Part shown: piece by piece, positions 50,478 to 62,830 of the stretch
Layout of the letters: each line of letters begins with the position of its first letter
Numbering within the stretch: the first letter of the stretch is position 1
Assembly: GCF_044704955.1 (NCBI RefSeq)
Contig: NC_091990.1
Span: forward strand, 29,822,001-29,886,000
DNA length: 64,000 nucleotides
Reading direction: 5' to 3'
Source of the DNA: Pristiophorus japonicus
Lineage: Eukaryota
Program-made: the position numbers and the translations under genes
Notes under the pieces: model-generated
Told to the model about the DNA's origin: nothing
The model's input: only the letters and a program-made list of their open reading frames with translations
Database searches by the model: none

Positions 50478-53400
50478 AATCAATCCCATCACCCACGTAC
50501 CCGGTTCTCTGGGTCATAGTCGTGTGGAAACCTGTTTTTGCATTCTAACTCATCAAGCCATTTTAACCTAAATAAAGCCCAAGGGTTTTTGCCAAATACT
50601 GTTGGATCAGGGTGAGGCCCCTTGAACTGGACGGGTCACACCGTGACATCACTGGACAAGCCTCACCCTCGCACTGCAGCATCACAGGGAAATCAGAAAT
50701 CACAATAGGTTTGTAATCTGGGTAAATTTGAGGCAGGAAGCCACACAACCAGCGAAGTGAAGGAAAGGGAGAGTGAACTGACTGCGATTAACTGGCTGGT
50801 CTATCTCGGAGGGAATGTGATCGAATACAACATCTGAATAGCTTTGCTTTGCGATGAGAACACAAATCATGAAAACATCATGAACCAGATTAGATAGAAG
50901 GTTATGAACTTTGAAAGGTTTGTCTTAACTTGATAATCTTGTAACACCATTTGTGAAAGTCATAAGCAATATGAAGTTTAACAGAGTTGGGTGCAATAGT
51001 TTATTTTGTTACTAGTATATCCTCTATGCCATTACTCACAGGTAGTATGGGCCTGGTTCCTGAGCCCCATTCTCAGGTCCCTCACTGACTGGCTCCTCCC
51101 AAGCCCTTGAGTTTGCCACTCACTCCCTGTTCTGTCGACAACTACTTATCATTGGAAGATCTCCCATAGCATTACTTGGGATAGTTTGGTCAAGTTAAAA
51201 ACTTGTCTCGAGTACCTGGCAGACATTTACTCTCTGCTACCCGAGGAACAGAACGGAGATCAACGGGTCTGCTGTGTCTCCTATGGCCATTCTCTCGGGC
51301 AAGACTTGTTGAAATGCCTTGGCTCCAAGTATAGCCCAGTGGGAATTGGTTTTAGCTCCATCTGAAGTCCCTACCAACAGCCACCCCATCTCCCTGGCAG
51401 CAACCTAGCATCAGTGAGTCCTGATCAATGGTAGCCAGAACCACCGATGACCTAGAGTGTACAGCTCTACAGCGATGACCTAGATCACAGCTCTACAGTG
51501 CTCCGAGCCCAAGAAACACGAGCACTGTTTCAGAAGGACGTTGGAATCATCCTCCACCAGAAAGAGAGAATCAATCCCATCACAGCCCATTGCCCGTGAC
51601 CCTGTTCCCTGGGTCGTAGCCACATGTTTTTGCATTCTAGCGCATCAAGACAATGGGCCCAAGTTTCCACAAGCGCCGAAACGGCACCTAAAAAAATCCT
51701 CGGTATTCTCCACCTACTTACAGGTCCTCTGGCCCTCGGCGCAGCCAGCACGAGCTGTGGGGGGGTGGGGGGGGGGGCGGAGCCAGGTCCCGGCGCTGAA
51801 AACAGTGCCGGGACCTCTGCACATGCGCGCTACAGTCGGCACGCAAGTGCAGTAGCTCCAGGCGCCGAACTGTGTGGGAGGGGCCTGAAGCACGCAGCCC
51901 CTAGCCCTGGCTGAATGGCCTCACTGGGGCTGCGTGGATAAGGCTCCTCCTACAGCCAGCTCCTGCTCCCCGCCCCAGCGACCAGACCCGACACCCACTC
52001 CCGCCCACCGCCGACCAGACACCTGCTCCCGCCCCCCGCCGACCAGAACCGACACCCGCTTCTCCCCCCACCCCCCCCGACCCGACTCCCGGACTGGATC
52101 CGATCTGACCTCTCCCTCCCCCCCCCCCTCGACACGAACGGCTTTCTCTCCCCCCCCCCCTCCCGCTCAGCGGCACGAACGGCTGCAGAATTCTCCCTGG
52201 CTGAAGCACTTTCACACAGGTAGGAAGATGGTTTATTTAATCTTTTCTTGGCTTATAAATGTTTATTCAGGTTGGATTTATTTGTATAATATTTGTAGAA
52301 GTATAAATAAGGATTTATTGTCGAATTTAATGAGTTCCCTTCCGCCCCCACCTCGTTCTGGATGCCTAATTTGTCACCTGCGCCTGATTTTTTAATGTGT
52401 AGAACAGGTTTTTTCAGTTCTACAAAAATCTTCACTGGCTCCATTCTACTTTAGTTTGGAATACATTTTCACTGTGGAAACTTTCAAATCAGGCGTCAGT
52501 GGCCGGACACGCCCCCTTTTGAAGAAAAAATTCTGTTCTAAACTAGAACTGTTCTACCTGACTGGAACTGCAGAAAAAAAAATGTGGAGAATTGCGATTT
52601 CTAAAATAGTCCGTTCTCCACCAGTTGCTCCTAAAAATCAGGCGCGAATCATGTGGAAACTTGGGCCCATTGTAACTTAAATAAAGCCCAAGGGTTTTTG
52701 CCAAATACAGTTTGATCAGGGCTGGGCCCTTTGAGACGGGTCACACCGTAACATCACCAGGCAAGCCTCACCCTCACAATGCACATCACAGTGAGATCAG
52801 ACATCACAACAGGTTTGTAATCTGGGTACATTTGAGGCATGAGGCTACACAACCAGTTGAAGTGAAGGAAAGGGAGGATGCACTGACTGTGACTAACTGG
52901 CTGGTCTATGAGTGAATGTGATTGAATAGAACATCTGAACAGCTCTGCTTTGTGATGTGAACACAAACAACGAAAACATCATGAACCAGCAGATTAGACA
53001 GAAGGTTTGTCTTAATTTGTTTATCTTGTATCATTTGTGAAAGTCATAACGAGCAAAATGAACAGTTTAACAGATACCGTAATATTGATGCAGAGTTGTG
53101 CAATAGTTCATTTTGTTTTTGGTATATCTTCCATGCCATTGCTCACAGGTAGCTAAGTCTGGGTACTGAGCCCCATTTGCAGATCCCTCACTGACTGGCT
53201 CCTCCCAGTCAGTTTACTACTCACTCCCTGTTCTGTAAATGTAGACATCTACTTATGATTGGCAGATCCCCTGTGACATGGCTCTGGATAGTGTGGAGGA
53301 TGGCGAATAATCACAAATGTTTACTGAGCCCCGCCAAGAGAAGGCAAACACTCCCATCACCCACGCACCCCGTTCCCTTCAGGTTGTAGTCATGTAGAAA

Positions 53401-53480
53401 CCAGTTACTGCATTGTAGCGCATCAAGTTTGTGAAGGAAAGGGAGCTGCACTGACTGTGACTAACTGGCTGGTCTATCCA
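50478..53480. repeat. diverged local tandem duplication, about 700-bp homologous block (2 copies + 1 deleted copy)
   Basis: 50478-51185 aligns with 51569-51654 + 52669-53292; partial third copy at 53353-53480. Confidence 0.85.
51655..52668 (-). mobile_element. non-autonomous PIF/Harbinger-like element, same family as 48343-50061, inverted
   Basis: TIR GGGCCCAAGTTTCCACA...TGTGGAAACTTGGGCCC with flanks AAT/ATT; the body is the reverse complement of 48343-50061 with a shorter repeat core. Confidence 0.88.
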
Positions 53481-54018
53481 GGAGCACTGTCACTTTGTCT
53501 GAGACCAAGCTCATACTGCAGGAGTGGTGAGAAGCTCTTGACCCCAGTGTCATCTGGGTCCTTGCCAAGGACTTCCCAGGTCAGCTGGCTCAGGTACTGC
53601 CATCTAAAGCACTCACTGCATCAAGGCAGCTCCTCTTGCACCAATGATCCTGGTTCACCCGACGGCATTGCAGCCATTCTGGACCTTCTCATTGATTCTG
53701 AAGGTGGTGTCAAGTGGCCAACTCCAGAACGGGAGAGGGGGACGGGACAGAAGGGAGCACTATCACTTTGTAGATGGAACTTGAGCTTGGGCCCAGGTCT
53801 CAAACAGCAATACTGGAAGAGTCGGAGAGATGCGCGAGTCTGGGTCCTTGCCAAGCACCTCCCAGGTCAGCTAACTCAGATACTGCCATCTAAAGCACTC
53901 CAACAGTGTGAAAACAGCTCCATTTGTGCCAGTGATCCTGGTTCACCTGATGGCATTGCAGCCATTCTGGACCTTCCCATGGATTCTAAAAAGGGGTCAA
54001 TTGTCCAACTCCAGAACC
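53481..54018. repeat. about 270-bp tandem duplication
   Basis: GGAGCACT.TCACTTTGT...CTGGGTCCTTGCCAAG...GATCCTGGTTCACC.GA.GGCATTGCAGCCATTCTGGACCTT...CCAACTCCAGAAC occurs twice. Confidence 0.85.
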
Positions 54019-54689
54019 AGTGGAATCTTGAGTTTAATATTCAGATGGCATCAAAATCTGTGGCTAGTAACATTACAAAGAGAAATATGATACATTTTGC
54101 ACCCAGGATCTGCATTAAGCATTTGCAGATTAAATGGTTTGCTATATGCTGGGAGCTAAAAATGCCTGTAGATGTCCTTGTTGCAACCCACTGATTTTTA
54201 TAGGCATTTTTTTCTGCCACAGGTACATGGTTGGCGTCAGGATGGGCGAGAGGAAATGAGTACATTTATCAAAGTGTACCCACAGACTAAAGTTGAGAGT
54301 AACTAAACCACAGACAATTAGATCACATACAAGACAGCGTGCATCCTGACTAGAATCAAATCAATTCCAGTAGGGATACCACAATGAAATTCCCGTCACA
54401 CGGTACCTCTGCGTCCCGTACATATCTCCGCGCCAAGTCTACATCTTTTAATTTGTTTTTCTTTATGGCCAACAACCAAGCCCTCCACGGATCCATCTAA
54501 ACACGCTGCCAATGTTATTACTAGGCAGTCCCTCGTGACAAGGACGACGCCCTTCACACCAAAAAAGGATGGGCTCACAGGTGTTACAATGAATTATATC
54601 TTAAAGGGTGGAAGATGCCTGTGCATGGATTTTTTTTTTTAAAAACGTGTTACACCAGCCACCACACGGGCTTGACAGAGCTAGGAATG

Positions 54690-57597
54690 ACAACACTGGC
54701 ATTAACTGACAATGTGGAAAACTGCCCGGGTATGTACTGTCCACAAAAATCAAGACAAATGCAATTCAGCCAATTATTGCACCATCCGTCTATTCTCAAT
54801 CAGCAACGCGATGGAAGTGTTATCAAGCAGCCCTTGCTCACCAATGCTCAGTTTGGGCTCTGCCATAACCACTTGGCTCCAGACCTCATTGCAGCCTTGG
54901 TCCAAACATGGGACCATAGGGGGAGTACAATGAAGGTTCACTAGACTGATTCTTGGGATGGGGGGGATTGTCCTATGAGGAGAGATTGAGTAGACTAGGC
55001 CTATATTCGCTAGTTTAGAAGATTGAGAAGTGATCTAATTGAAACATACAAAATTCTTACAGGGCTTGCCAGGGGTCAGTCTCAGAATAAGGCGTTGGCC
55101 ATTTAGGACTGAGATAAGGAGAAGCTTCTTCACTCAGAGGGTGGTGAATCTTTGGAATTATCTATCCCAGAGGGCTATGGAGGCTCATTCTTTGCCGAGA
55201 TCAATAGATTTTTGAATATTAAGGGATATGGGGACAGTGCAAGAAAGTGGAGTTGAGGTAGATGATCAGCCATAATCTTATTGAATGACGGAGTCGGCTC
55301 AGGAGACCGAATGGTCTACCCCTGCTCTTAATTCTTATGTGCTTATGGACAAAAGAGCTGAATTCTAGGTGAGGAGAGTGACTGCCCTTGACATCAAGGA
55401 AGCATTTGACAGGGTGTGGTATCAAGGAGCCCTAGCAAAACTGAAGTCAGTGGGAATCTGGAGGAAAGCACGCCACTAGCTGGAGTTATACCTAGCACAA
55501 AGTAAGATAGAAACATAGAAAATAGGTGCAGGAGTAGGCCATTAGGCCCTTCGAGTCTGCACCGCCATTCAATGAGTTCATGGCTGAACATGCAACTTCA
55601 GTACCCCATTCCTGCTTTCTCACCATACCCCTTGATCCCCCTAGTAGTAAGGACTACATCTAACTCTAAGATGGTTGTGGTTGTTTGAGGTCAATCCTGT
55701 CAGCCTGCAGAAGTTTCTTCAGGCAGTGTCATAGGCCCAACCATCTTCAGCTGCTTCAGCAATGACCTATCCTCCATCATGTCAGAAGTGAAGCTGTTCC
55801 TTGATGATTACCGTGTTCAGTTCCATTTACAACTTTTCAGATAATGAAGCAGTCCATGCCAGCATGTAGCAAGACCTGGACAACATTCAGGCTTGGTCTG
55901 ACAAGTGGCAAGTAATATTCACGCCACACAAGTTCCAGGCAATGACATTCAATGGCATTACCATCGCCGAATCTCCCACCATCAATATCCTGGGGGTCAA
56001 CATTGACCAGAAACTTAACTGGACCAGTCACAAGTACTGTAGCAACAAGAGCAGGTTAGAGGCTGGGTATGCTGTGGCGAGTGTCTCACCTCCTGACTCC
56101 CCAAAACCTTTCCACCATCTACAAGGCACAAGTCAGAAGTGTGATGGAATATTCTCCACTTTCCTCAATGAGTGCAGCTCCAACAACACAAGAAGCTCAA
56201 CATCATCCAGACAAAGCAGCTCGCTTGACTGGCACCCCATCAAACATTCACTTCCTCCACCACTGGCGCACTGTGGCTGCTGTGTGCATCATATCATAGG
56301 CAGTCCCTCGGAATCGAGGAAGACTTGCTTCCACTCTTAAAATGAGTTCTTAGGTGACTGAACAGTCCAATACGAGAATCACAGTCTCTGTCACAGGTGG
56401 GACAGATAGTCGTTGAGGGAAGGGGTGGGTGGGACTGGTTTGCCGCACGCTCTTTCCGCTGCCTGAGCTTCATTTCTGCACAGCGCCCTCTCGGATGCAC
56501 TTCCTCCACTTAGGGCGGGATTTGGCCAGTGGCTCCCAGGTGTCAGTGGGGATGTTGCACTTTATCAGGGAGGCTTTGAGGGTGTCCTTGTAACGTCTCC
56601 GCTGCCCAGCTTTGGCTCGTTTGCCGTGAAGGAGTTCAGAGTAGAGCGCTTGCTTTGGGAGTCTCGTGTCTGGCAGAATGAAACAATGTGGCCTGCCCAG
56701 CGGAGTTGATCAAGTGTGGTCAGTGCTTCAATGCTAGGGATTTGGCCTGGTCGAGGACGCTAATGTTGGTGCGTCTGTCCTCCCAGGGGATTTGTAGGAT
56801 CTTGCAGAGACATTGTTGGTGGTATTTCTCCAGCGACTTGAGGTGTCTACTGTACATGGTCCATGTCTGAGCCATACAGGAGGGCGGGTATTACTACAGC
56901 CCTGTAGACCATAAGCTGGTGGCAGATGAGAGGGCCTGGTCTTCAAATACTCTCTTCCTCAGGCAGCCGAAAGCTGCACTGGAGGCGGTGTTGAATCTCG
57001 TCGTCAGTGCCTGCTCTTGTTGATGAGAGACATGGGAAGTGGTCCACGTTGTCCAGGGCCACGCCATGGATCTTGATGACTGGGGAGGGCAGTGCTGTGC
57101 AGCGAGGACAGGCTGATGGAGGACCTCTGTCTCATGGATGTTTAGCATAAGGCCCATGCTTTCATACGCCTCAGTAAATACGTTGACTATGTCCTGGAGT
57201 TCAGCCTCTATGTGCGCAGACGCAGGCGTCGTCCACGTACTGTAGTTCGACGACAGAGGTTGAGGTGGTCTTGGACCTGGCCTGGAGACGGCGAAGATTG
57301 AACCGGTTCCCACTGGTTCTGTAGTTTAGTTCCACTCCAGCAGGGAGTTTGCTGACTGTGAGGTGGGGCATGGCAGCGAGGAAGATTGAGAAGAGGGTTG
57401 CATAATCTACAAGAAGGACTGCATCAAGGGGAACTTAGTGTACCCCTCCAAGTTACACACTGTCATGACTTGGAAATAAGGGAGCACCTTCACCACAGGA
57501 TCAGCAACGGTTTAAGGTGGCGGCTCACCACGACCTTCTCAAGGGCAGTTAGAGATGGGCAATAAATGCTGGCCTTGCCAGCGACGCCCACATCCCA
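54690..57597 (+). mobile_element. second-family LINE with three nested insertions: CR1 (+, 54920-55345), CR1 (-, 55505-55667) and RTE (-, 56293-57400)
   Basis: Host motifs WKTARVCTVHK and LSTIYKAQVRSVMEYSP rejoin across the inserts. The RTE shows AHIEAELQDIVNVF and RKRVFED motifs plus an (ATG)n tail. Confidence 0.85.
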
Positions 57598-57917
57598 GGC
57601 AGTGCATTCCAAATCCTAACCACTCGTTGCATAAACAAGTTTTACTCATGTCGTCTGATTCTTTTGTCCCCTCTGTTCTTTTGCTGATCACCTTAAATCT
57701 GTGCCTTCTGGTTATCGCTCAGCCATTGGAAACAGTTTTATTATTTACTATCTAAATCCTTCATTAATATAAAAACCCTGAGCAAATCTCGTAAGCCTTA
57801 TCTGCTCTAACCATTTAACTGTAATCCCTCATCCCGGAACAATTCTGGTAAATCTCTTCAATAGCCTCTCCAAAGCCTTCACATCTTCCTAAAATGTGGT
57901 GCCCAGAATTGGACACA

Positions 57918-58528
57918 ATAGAAACATAGAAAATAGGTGCAGTCTTTCTTGATATGTCAGTCCCGCCATCCCGGGAATCAGACAGGTGAACCTTAGCTGC
58001 ACTCCCTCAATAGCAAGAATGTCCTTCCTCAAGTTAGGAGACCAAAACTGTACACAATACTCCAGGTGTGGCCTCACCAAGGCCCTGTACAACTGTAGCA
58101 ACTCCTCCCTGCCCCTGTACTCAAATCCCCTCGCTATGAAGGCCAACATGCCATTTGCTTTCTTAACCGCCTGCTGTACCTGCATGCCAACCTTCAATGA
58201 CTGATGTATCATGACACCCAGGTCTCGCTGCACCTCCCCTTTTCCTAATCTGTCACCAATCAGATAATAGTCTGTCTCTGTTATTACCACCAAAGTGGAT
58301 AACCTCACATTTGTCCACATTATACTTCATCTGCCATGCATTTGCCCACTCACCTAACCTATCCAAGTCACTCTGCATCCTCCTCGCAGCTCACACTGCC
58401 ACCCAACTTAGTATCATCTGCAAATTTGGAGATACTACACTTAATCCCCTCGTCTAAATCATTAATGTACAACGTAAACAGTTGGGGACCCAGCACAGAA
58501 CTTTGCAGTACCTCACTAGTCACTGCCT
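57918..58528 (-). mobile_element. CR1 LINE fragment with large 3' internal deletion, nested in an older CR1
   Basis: In ORF 57889-58320 the tail is fused directly to GLTYQERL. Confidence 0.85.
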
Positions 58529-58727
58529 TTTACTCCATCTGTTGCTGAACTCATGGTTTATATAGTTTTATCATAACTTCCGGACTTTTACACTCTATGC
58601 CTCTATTTATAAAGTTCAGGATCGCCTTATGCTTTCTTAACTGCTTTGTCAACCTGTCCTGCCACCTTCAAGATTTTTACACATGCACCCTCAGGTCTCT
58701 CTGTTCTTGCACCCCCTTAAAAATTGT

Positions 58728-60339
58728 TGTTCAACCTCTCTTATCTGGCACCACCTGGCCTGTGCCAAATAAGAGGATTTGCCGGACGGCAGGAGGTCAC
58801 GCTGATCCTAGAGTTGTCAGCGGTGCCCATTAAGTTTTTAATGTAATGGTTCATTGCAGGTGGAGACATCAACTCTCGAACATCAGTGAAATGTTGCTGT
58901 GGGCTGCAGGTCAGCCGAGAAAGATCGGCAGTGTTTACAGCGCAGTATAAATCCTTCCAACTGATGTAAAGTCCAATGTCTGATCTTGAGAGTTTGTTCT
59001 CGATGAGCGATCTTCATTGTTTTCAGCATTAGTTCAGAGAGCCTGCAATACTTCATCCTACTTTATCCTCTCAATCGTCAATATCAGTTTTTAAACAAAT
59101 TTTTAAAAATCGATCATGTATGATTCGCACATAAAAAGGAGAGAGAGAAATGGACGGATGGATTCTAGTTGGATTAAAACATGAGAAAAAATAAGTCTAA
59201 CTGTGTACATTTCCAGTTGTTTGTGTTGATTGTGTATTTTTTGACGGCCTGTGAGGATTTGTTGAGATCTGTAAAATTATATCGAGTTTCTCGCTCTCTA
59301 TATTTAGGTGCTGAATGCAGTGTCATTGAAATATTAAGGGTTACCTGTTCTATTCACAGTGCTTACTGACCTGCAGAATATTTCTGAAAATGCTGTTTGA
59401 GCCCCCTCAGTACCTATTCCAAGAGAGGGGGAAAGTGTTGGACATGAATTGAATTCCTACGCGAGTAAATCTTACTCCAGCGCAGGCATTCGTTTCCATT
59501 CTGGACTTGTCCCAGATTCAGGGCGGATTCACAGCCGGCGCTTCTTCATTCATTTTGGGAATGGGTCCTGGATCGAGGCACCTGGAGCTGGGAGTGAAAC
59601 GGGGATTGACATTTGGTTCTCCAGTAACCTGCCGGGAGTGAGCCCACGGGACTCCCCGTTTGGTGGTGGTGTGTGTGTTTCTGGTTTAATTTATAATAGA
59701 TTCGAGCCGCCAGCGCAGCAGCCTGGGGTCGAATGTTTTGTGTATTCAGTGCTCTGTCGTGGCCCCTGTTGACACTTGAAGTAAATATTTATTTTTGAAG
59801 TAGAGCTGGAAGAGAAAAAAAGTCGTCGAGCTATGTTTGTGCTGATAGACAGTGAGGATTTGTTGAGATCTGTAAATTTATATCGACATTGGCCTTTACA
59901 TCGTTGGAAGGATTTATACTGCGCTGTAAACACTGCCGATCTTTCTCGGCTGACCTGCAGCCCACAGCGATACGTCACTGATGTTACCGACAGCTACACA
60001 TTGACCCCGCTGCCCCGAGAGTTGGTGTCTCTGCCCCAAATGAACCATTACATTAAAAACTTACCGGGTACTGCTGACAACGAAAGTGTGTCGTGAGATC
60101 GCTGACAATGCTCCGACCCAACCAAGGAGGGAATACCGGAGGCAGCAGAGAGAAGAGCAGCAGCCAGCCCCAGGACACAGCGTGCCGACCCGACCGAGGA
60201 ATACCGGAGGCAGCGTGGAGAAGAGGAGCAGCCAGCCCCAGGACATAATGCAGATCGCGACCCCCCCCCCTTGCCGGGACGATGCCGAACAAGGGAGGTT
60301 GTCAGTTAAAGGAGTACCGGATAAGAGAGGTTCAACCTG
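58728..60339. mobile_element. non-autonomous Tigger/pogo-like DNA transposon with long inverted arms
   Basis: Termini GTTCAACCTCTCTTATCTGG...CCGGATAAGAGAGGTTCAACCTG followed by TA; internal inverted arms at 58834-58985 and 59882-60062. Confidence 0.78.
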
Positions 60340-60586
60340 TATTGCCTCTCTTCATTCCGCCAATGGGAACAGTTTCTCTCCATCAAATCTCTTCTCGACT
60401 CTAAGGAGAACAACCCCAGCTTTCCAATCTAGCCATATAACTGCAGTCCCACGTCCCTGGAACCATTCTTGTAAATCTTTTCTGCACCCTCTCGAAGGCT
60501 TTCACATCCTGGACACAGTACTCCAGTTGAAGTCAGATCAGTGTTTTATACTGGTTCATCATAACTTCCTTGTTTTTCTACTCAAT

Positions 60587-61971
60587 AGGCTCAATTTTGG
60601 GCGAGCCTGTTTTTTAGCGTACTTACTCAAGTTGCGCCACTTAAGTATGTCCGGAGGAGATGCTCCGGAAAAAAATGTTCCAACTTTGGCCGCTGTCTGG
60701 CCTCTTCACTGCAGCCGCAGTAGCGCTGCGAGTTGGCAACCGGCCATTTGCAAGTTGTTGCGATTGTAAACGGGGTTTCCACTGCACTGTCGGTGAAGTT
60801 ACAAGTGTGAAGCGGGAGCAGCTCCAAGACAACTCCTGCCTTACAGCTCTTTATAAAAGTCTTTTTCTTGAAGTTTCAACTGAAATGTTTGTTACTTAAG
60901 GCTCAAGTTCATCAACGTCGAGAAATACCACAGTTTGTGTCTTAAAACATCTTGCAATATTCTTTGCCATGTTTATGGGAATGAAGGATTGTACAATGCC
61001 AAAATTTTTATTAAAGTATTTTTCTTAAAGTTTCCTCTCACTACAAAAAAAACCAACAGCTGATCACCAGTGTAATCACTCTCTAATTTAACTTGCAGGA
61101 CAAATTAATAGAGTGGGTTTAAGTGCTTCCTATTTTTACTTCCAATGTGCATTTGTGCCCATTGAACTTTATTTGCCACAATGAGCCCAACTACAAACAC
61201 ATCAAGCTTTCTTTGTAAGATCCTAACTGTCTCCTCCAAGCCCACAGCCCCGTTAGATTGGTGTCATCTTTGAATTTAATTACCTTGGACTGAGTGCAAC
61301 TTTACATATACTAAGAACAGGGAAGGCATGAACCCCTGATCACCCACTCTATTCCCACCTTGCTTCCTTTTGTACCCCGATGCTGGCTAGTTCGATCGCT
61401 CCCGCCCCTAGCCCAGGCCGAGTGGCTTCCCTGTTCGTTCTCCCGCCCCTAGCTCAGGCCGAGTGGCCTCCCTGTTCGTTCTCCCGCCCCTAGCCCAGGC
61501 CGAGTGGCTTCCGGCCCGCTGCCTTCCCGGGTCGAGTGCAGAAAGGTGAATTGCAGTTTGATGCTGAAGGTAGGACTTCAATTTTTTTATTTCTTATTTT
61601 AATTGTGCGGATGGTTTTGCAAGTCTATTCCCTAAGGCTTGATTGGTTCAGGTCCTCTCCACTTCCCGCCCCTATCCCAGGTCGAATGGACTCCAACGTA
61701 CCTACCTGCGCCGATTTCTTTAACTCTCCACAAGGGTTTTCTCAAGTGGCCACATACGCTGGCCTAAGTAGAAATGGAGTAACTAAATGGCCAGAACTGG
61801 CGTAGGTGACTGGTAAAGCCCCCTTGAGAAAAAAAAACTAACCTAAAAAAAGATGTAACTAATTGAGTTACGCTGGTGCAAATTGATTGGAGAAACTGGG
61901 GTTTAAGTTAGGCCAGAAAAAGCAGCCTACTCCAAAAAAAAACGGAGCAGCTCCTGGGGAAAATGAAGCCC
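60587..61971. mobile_element. non-autonomous PIF/Harbinger-like element related to 33292-34610, inverted
   Basis: Imperfect TIR AGGCTCAATTTT...AAAATGAAGCCC with flanks AAT/TAT inside a CR1 fragment; internal 41-bp tandem repeat (about 3 copies) at 61399-61512. Confidence 0.72.
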
Positions 61972-62004
61972 TATGCCTCCATTTATGAACAGAGTGACAC
62001 CTGC

Positions 62005-62305
62005 CAACCAACCGGAAGCGACTGCAAGCTCCCAAATTTAAAAAATAAGGTTCACCACAACAGACGGAGGATCTGAAAAGTGTTCCGGCTACCCAGCTTT
62101 CTCACCAGCCCCACTCACTTCCCCACTTTCTCACCAGCCCATTTCCTTCCCCACTTTCTCACCAGCACGCTCCCTTCCCAGCTATTTTAAATTTTCTAGC
62201 TTTCTCAACAAATCATCTCTCTCCCAGGCTTTAAACATTTTTTTTAAAAAACAAACCCGCAGCGCGCATGCGCAGACCACTTCCGTTCGTTGGTAGCGGT
62301 CATGC
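62005..62305. promoter_or_regulatory. housekeeping-promoter-like motif cluster (NRF1 + ETS), candidate S100PBP promoter/first exon
   Basis: GCGCATGCGCA at 62264-62274 next to CACTTCCG at 62278-62285; CCGGAAG at 62012-62018; lies upstream of S100PBP on the minus strand. Confidence 0.4.
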
Positions 62306-62427
62306 CCATTTAATGAAGCTTACCATCCTGTAAGCCTTTTTAAATTGCTTTCTCAACAATGCCCTGCCACCTTCAACGATTTGTGCACATATACCCCCGG
62401 GTCTCTCTCTTCATGCACTCTCTAGTT

Positions 62428-62830
62428 TATCATCATCATCATCATAGGCGGTCCCTTGAACAAGGATGATTTGCTTCCACAAGAGTTCACAGATGTTTCA
62501 ATGAAGGACCCGATGTTCCAGTCCTGAACTCCAATTGAGGGGGTGGAAGATGCCAGTGCGCGGATTTTTTTTTTTTATATAAACGTGTGGTGACTGTTGC
62601 ACACCAGCCACCACATGGGCTTGACAGAGCTAGGTCTTGGTCCAGTGGCAAGGGTTGAACCAGGATGACTGGAGACCCGTTCTGCTGCACAGACCAAGCA
62701 CGCACACATATCAGTGTGGGCTGGCCCATGCTGCCCCTGGGCCCTCGGCTCTTCTGGGCCCCGAACCCTCATTTGCTGCACCTTTGCCCACGATGTTTCA
62801 GGGCCCAGCGCTCCAGTTCTATTTATAGCC
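62428..62830 (-). mobile_element. RTE-type 3' end or RTE-tailed SINE
   Basis: (ATC)n tail + ATAGGCGGTCCCTTGAACAAGGATGATTTGCTTCCAC. Confidence 0.7.
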
